NCBI GenBank assembly: GCA_016861265.1
Contig: BOLA01000001.1
Span: 598,229 to 662,228 of the forward strand
Reading direction: 5' to 3'
Source of the DNA: Patescibacteria group bacterium
GTDB taxonomy: Bacteria; Patescibacteriota; Dojkabacteria; J137
Length of the DNA: 64,000 nucleotides
How positions within the stretch are numbered: position 1 is the stretch's first letter; each line of letters begins with the position of its first letter. A program made the position numbers and the translations under genes. The notes beneath the pieces were generated by a model. The model did not search any database. It saw only the letters and a list, made by a program, of their open reading frames with translations, and was not told the origin of the DNA. Shown here in pieces: positions 59,820 through 64,000 of this stretch.

Positions 59820-61316
59820 ATGTTTAGATTTAAATCATTTAAAACTAACGGTTCTGTGATTAACTTTAAGGACTCAAGTCTTAGTCTGGAGTCCTTAAAC
59901 TCATTTCTTGCGAATCTAGAAAATCTATCATTAAATTCAGAAATTGAGTTTAATGTTGAAAATTTAGACGGCACAATTGCAAATTATAAGTTGATTAACG
60001 ATGGAACTATAAAGGCGTATAAAGACAATAAAAGTATTGTTGAAAATGATTTTTATAGGTTAGTCAAAAATAATTTTCATCTTGAATTGACTCCCCAAAT
60101 TATGCAGGCACGAATAGTGCAATACAATTCTCAGATAAGGGAAACGATTAGTAAATTATCTATACCAATTTCGCCTGACTTGGTAAATAAAATCGCCGAG
60201 GCAAAAAATACTATTGAATCTGTAAAAAATTCAATCGAATCCAGCCTAAGTGAGGAACAAAAAGATAAATACTCGAGGCTCACAGAGCTAAATTCAAGAT
60301 TGAATTCGATTCAGAATCAGATAGATTCTTTTCAAGGAAGTAAAAAGAGTAAAGAGGATATTACCACTAATATTAAAAAATATAATACCGATAAATCCAC
60401 TATAAAACAGATGATGGAATCTGTGGGTCTACTTATTAAAACAAGAGATGAATTAAAGCAGAAAGTGCTAAGTTATAACCATTTAATACAAGATGCTGAC
60501 AAGGTTAATCAGCTAAAACAGCAAAAAATGCAATTTCAGAATTCTCAACTCTTTACAAAATCACAGTCTGCAATTAATAGTTCCGAAGATGATTCTGCTA
60601 GCTCAAACTCAAAATTCAAACTTAAACTTAGCATAATTCCTATTTTGTTATTCCTAAATATTGCAATTTCTATTGTAGGCTTTCTTTACTCTTACGATTT
60701 TAACGTTCTAGTCGTAGCGGTAGTATCAACTGTTATCTTAATGACAGCTTATATTGTCTCTAAATTCTTTAGCGATTCATTGGAAGACCTGAATGAAGAT
60801 TCAAGTAGAGCAGAGGTAATTGATATTAAGCAAGAATCAAATCCATTGGCTAAAGAAGACCCAAATGCCCAATTATTCATAAATTCTGCCTGGGTTAATG
60901 CATTAAACAACGAACTGAATGCAGTAGAACAGAATATTCAAAAAAACCTTAATGGAAAAGACTACGAGTCAATAAAGAATGAATTACAACAAATTGAAAA
61001 TTTAATAGTGCAGGAAGAAAAGAAATTAACGGATTTATCCGCTAATTCAATTACTTCGGATGAATACTATAAAAAGAGAAGGGAGGCAGATATTCTTAAA
61101 ATAGAGCGAGAAAATCTTGAATTTGGACTTAAGATTGATTCAAGCCTAAACGACCAGAGAATATCTGCCGAAAAAACATTAAAAGAACTCTTGGACAAGC
61201 AAGCATTTGCCAGTAAGTTGTCTATGAGTTTCCCAGTATTTTTAGTAAAAACGAGTGAAATTCAGCACACAAACATTGATTTATTGAATCAGATAGTACT
61301 AGTTCTGTCCAATTAA
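59820..61316 (+). CDS. Coiled-coil protein with central TM hairpin (SMC/YhaN-like architecture, no recognisable ATPase motifs)
   Basis: Long heptad regions flanking two TM helices. Confidence 0.5.
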   Translation: MFRFKSFKTNGSVINFKDSSLSLESLNSFLANLENLSLNSEIEFNVENLDGTIANYKLINDGTIKAYKDNKSIVENDFYRLVKNNFHLELTPQIMQARIVQYNSQIRETISKLSIPISPDLVNKIAEAKNTIESVKNSIESSLSEEQKDKYSRLTELNSRLNSIQNQIDSFQGSKKSKEDITTNIKKYNTDKSTIKQMMESVGLLIKTRDELKQKVLSYNHLIQDADKVNQLKQQKMQFQNSQLFTKSQSAINSSEDDSASSNSKFKLKLSIIPILLFLNIAISIVGFLYSYDFNVLVVAVVSTVILMTAYIVSKFFSDSLEDLNEDSSRAEVIDIKQESNPLAKEDPNAQLFINSAWVNALNNELNAVEQNIQKNLNGKDYESIKNELQQIENLIVQEEKKLTDLSANSITSDEYYKKRREADILKIERENLEFGLKIDSSLNDQRISAEKTLKELLDKQAFASKLSMSFPVFLVKTSEIQHTNIDLLNQIVLVLSN

Positions 61317-61330
61317 CGTTATAATTAGAT

Positions 61331-62107
61331 ATGTCTAATAACGCCAATGCAAGCAATAATCAGGAAACTTCAAAGAAAGAGGCGGTATTTCCACAGCCAG
61401 TTTATCCAGGAAGTATGTCAAACCCGTTTAATGGTTATTACTACTATCCCACGAACATGCAACCTCCCAAAAACAATAGAGACTATGTTTCGAAGATGAG
61501 GCTGCAGGAAGCTGATAAGATTGTACCTAAACAATCAGGGCTGCCTTGGTCCTCAATAATACTAAAGCCCAATATCGTTTTCGAAACTCAAGATGCAAAT
61601 GAGAAAGTCTATGTATTGGTAAGAGCACATTGGATAACAAATCTAGGATGGTTTCTAAGGAATTTGTTCATGGCACTTTTGCCGTTTATTGTACTATCTC
61701 TGTTAGAAAATTTTGGAATCAGAATCGATATAAGCTTTATAAGTAATAAGGCATTAACCATTGTAGGACTGTTGTATTATTCGTTTATATTTACAAGTAT
61801 TGTAAGTAACTTCATTGATTGGTATTTTGATCCCTTTATAGTTACTGACCAGCGTATAATGGACTACGACTATAAACCATTCGGTAATTACAGTGTTTCT
61901 GAAGTCTCTCTACAAGATATTCAAGATGTAAAGGAAAGATCTGCGGGGTTACTTGGTGACATTTTTAATTATGGCAATGTATACGTGTACAGTGCAAGCG
62001 ACGCATCTGAAATGATTTGCAAACATGTTCCATCTCCAACAAGAGTTAGAGATATTATTACAGATTTATCTAATGTAGCAAAAACTTATAAATATGATAG
62101 TGTCTGA
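61331..62107 (+). CDS. Membrane protein with bacterial PH (bPH_2) domain
   Basis: EKV..LVRAHW, WY....IVTDQRI, IQDV....G..G..FNYGNV. Confidence 0.8.
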   Translation: MSNNANASNNQETSKKEAVFPQPVYPGSMSNPFNGYYYYPTNMQPPKNNRDYVSKMRLQEADKIVPKQSGLPWSSIILKPNIVFETQDANEKVYVLVRAHWITNLGWFLRNLFMALLPFIVLSLLENFGIRIDISFISNKALTIVGLLYYSFIFTSIVSNFIDWYFDPFIVTDQRIMDYDYKPFGNYSVSEVSLQDIQDVKERSAGLLGDIFNYGNVYVYSASDASEMICKHVPSPTRVRDIITDLSNVAKTYKYDSV

Positions 62108-62315
62108 ATTTTTTACACCAGAAATAATAGAATTTATAAAAATAATAGTCATTATTATTGGTTTGGTTCATCTTTTAGCAGGCTTTATATTAGTTTTTCA
62201 GACCTTTAGAATGAACCGAATTATTAAGACTTCAGGCTTTCCTGTATTTAACCTTATTGCAATCGCTTATATTGCAGTTCTTCTAGCTACACTTATTTTG
62301 ATAATTACAGCATAA
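62094..62315 (+). CDS. Small two-TM protein
   Basis: Two hydrophobic helices around Q..RMN.II.T. Confidence 0.6.
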   Translation: MIVSEFFTPEIIEFIKIIVIIIGLVHLLAGFILVFQTFRMNRIIKTSGFPVFNLIAIAYIAVLLATLILIITA

Positions 62316-62371
62316 TTTAGATTTTCTTTTTTGATATACTGTTAAAAAGATAGTTAATCTAATATTTTTGT

Positions 62372-64000
62372 ATGCAATTAAGAGCTGATTTTTTGGTAGG
62401 AAAACAAACCCCTAATTCCTGGTCAGGAGTTTATGGCTTTAAGCCCGATGATTCAATTGAACCACTAGAATTGTTCGCAATTATTAAACTTGCATCGCAA
62501 AGTGATGAAACGGGCCTAGAACCACTTGCGAAAATGTTCCTAGACGAACTTCAGAATTACTTATTTTCAGAGGGTAAAGAAGGTGATTACATAATTAGAT
62601 TAGAGAATGCTGTGTGGAAAATGAAGTCCAAAATGGAGGTTCTTCTATCTTCTGATGAAAGATATTCACAAAATGGTTTAGATATTGAAGTTGCGCTAAC
62701 ACTATTTGACCGAAATTTTTTATACGTAGGAGTTGTAGGCGAAAGCAAAATTTATATTCAAAGAGGAGACAGATTTGTAGAGCTATCAAAGGGTCTAACT
62801 GATGGGAATATGATGGGCTTTCTGAAGACAGGTAGCTTAGAGTTAGAACCTGGTGATAGACTAGCCTTATCCACTAGTTCGGCAGCAGTGGCCGGGGAAG
62901 CCAGTATTGAATCTGCAATAGGTAATCTAAATGTAGACAATTTATCGTCCTTATCAAATTCTGAAGGTGTAGGTATTCTTCTACTTGCCGATGAGAAAGA
63001 TACATGGGCCGAAAAAGCCTTACCAACCCAAGAAGAATTCGTAGAAGAAACTACTGCACAGGAAAATGATGGTTCTGCAAAATATATACCAATTCAAGAA
63101 GAAGATTTTGATGATACACTAGAAACACCTACCGAGGTTGTAGATGAAGGATTAGAGCTTGAGCCTCAAGAAGAGCATTTACCTGTTAATCAAGAAGATA
63201 CTCTTGCAGAAATAGAATCTGTACAGGAGCTAAATACAAATTTAGATAACCCAGAGACTCGGTCTGAATTGCCAGTAGGGAGACAATTTATAAATAACTT
63301 CAGAAACAAACTGGTGACAGGCTTTAACACTGGAAAAACACATATGGGAAATCTAAAGGTTAAAGTTCAAGAAAAAAGAAATGCCCAGGAAAATGAAGAT
63401 ACAGATAATGAACAAAATATTGAAGAAGCCTATGCGAATTCCAAATATGAACAACCTGATGCCTCTGAGCAAAATAAAGCAGTTACAATAATTAAAAATT
63501 TTATTGGCAGTATTAGAAATTTCGCTAACAGCAAGCTAATTCCTTTTTTTAAAAAAAGTAATAAGACTTATATAAAATATCTAAGAGACTTTGTTCTATT
63601 AATTGCGGGTCTACTGAAAAAACTGCTGATTTGGTTTAAAAAAGAATTTATTGGAGGTGGAGTAGACGATAGAAGGGATATTTTTGCAAAGGCTAAAAAA
63701 AGAAAAAGAAACAGGCTAATTCTTGTGGCTCTGGTTGTGGTACTGGGAGTATTAATAATTTCTGCAATAAACAATAGAAATGCGCAGCTGGCAGAAGAAG
63801 CAAGAATTGAAGAAATAAGAACTTCCGTAGATAGTTATAAATCTCAGCTTGATAATCTTGTTAAACAAGCAAACGCCAATCTGGATGACGCTAAAAAGAC
63901 AACTTTATTAGATCAGCTGGACAAATTAAATAATTCTTTAGAAGCTCAGAAGAAGGATGGTATGTATTTAGATAGTATTGCTTCGCAGCAGGACCAGATT
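62372..64000 (+). CDS. Large membrane protein with degenerate PP2C-like N-domain, acidic linker and TM (3' truncated; absent from the ORF track)
   Basis: ATG at 62372, frame reads open to the window end; LYVGVVGESKIYIQRG...ELEPGDRLALST resembles the PP2C core. Confidence 0.7.
   Translation, partial: MQLRADFLVGKQTPNSWSGVYGFKPDDSIEPLELFAIIKLASQSDETGLEPLAKMFLDELQNYLFSEGKEGDYIIRLENAVWKMKSKMEVLLSSDERYSQNGLDIEVALTLFDRNFLYVGVVGESKIYIQRGDRFVELSKGLTDGNMMGFLKTGSLELEPGDRLALSTSSAAVAGEASIESAIGNLNVDNLSSLSNSEGVGILLLADEKDTWAEKALPTQEEFVEETTAQENDGSAKYIPIQEEDFDDTLETPTEVVDEGLELEPQEEHLPVNQEDTLAEIESVQELNTNLDNPETRSELPVGRQFINNFRNKLVTGFNTGKTHMGNLKVKVQEKRNAQENEDTDNEQNIEEAYANSKYEQPDASEQNKAVTIIKNFIGSIRNFANSKLIPFFKKSNKTYIKYLRDFVLLIAGLLKKLLIWFKKEFIGGGVDDRRDIFAKAKKRKRNRLILVALVVVLGVLIISAINNRNAQLAEEARIEEIRTSVDSYKSQLDNLVKQANANLDDAKKTTLLDQLDKLNNSLEAQKKDGMYLDSIASQQDQI

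Overview
AT-rich bacterial chromosomal window using genetic code 11. Its gene content points to a Patescibacteria/CPR organism: T4SS-pilin-like array, sortase, FtsA-like plus baseplate-J pair, TM-anchored Clp ATPase, protease-less Lon, and very few Shine-Dalgarno sites. The taxonomic call is inference. Housekeeping genes: pcrA/uvrD (partial), trmD, rpsO, ftsQ-ftsA-ftsZ, rpoD, rny, parAB, lepB, ileS, fmt, lexA, mltG, ruvX, comF, yidC, rplY, groES/EL. RNA genes: tRNA-Pro(TGG), tRNA-Asn(GTT) and tmRNA. Most interesting: (1) a 5.7-kb secreted-protein operon (14.7-20.4 kb) encoding a Bacteroidota-type fibre protein, two peptidoglycan hydrolases (M23, CHAP) that both end in a 42-aa 'coathanger-like' tail, and interspersed paralogous PsbP-like proteins, a candidate fibre-docked host-wall-hydrolase display system; (2) a tmRNA that has lost both its T-loop and D-loop GG and carries a 28-aa tag; (3) a candidate non-canonical LexA box (GGTATACC); (4) actin-like/baseplate-J and Clp/pilin envelope modules; (5) two toxin-antitoxin-derived loci with substituted catalytic residues; (6) several unannotated small ORFs with their own expression signals. 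All calls come from reading the sequence; no searches were run.
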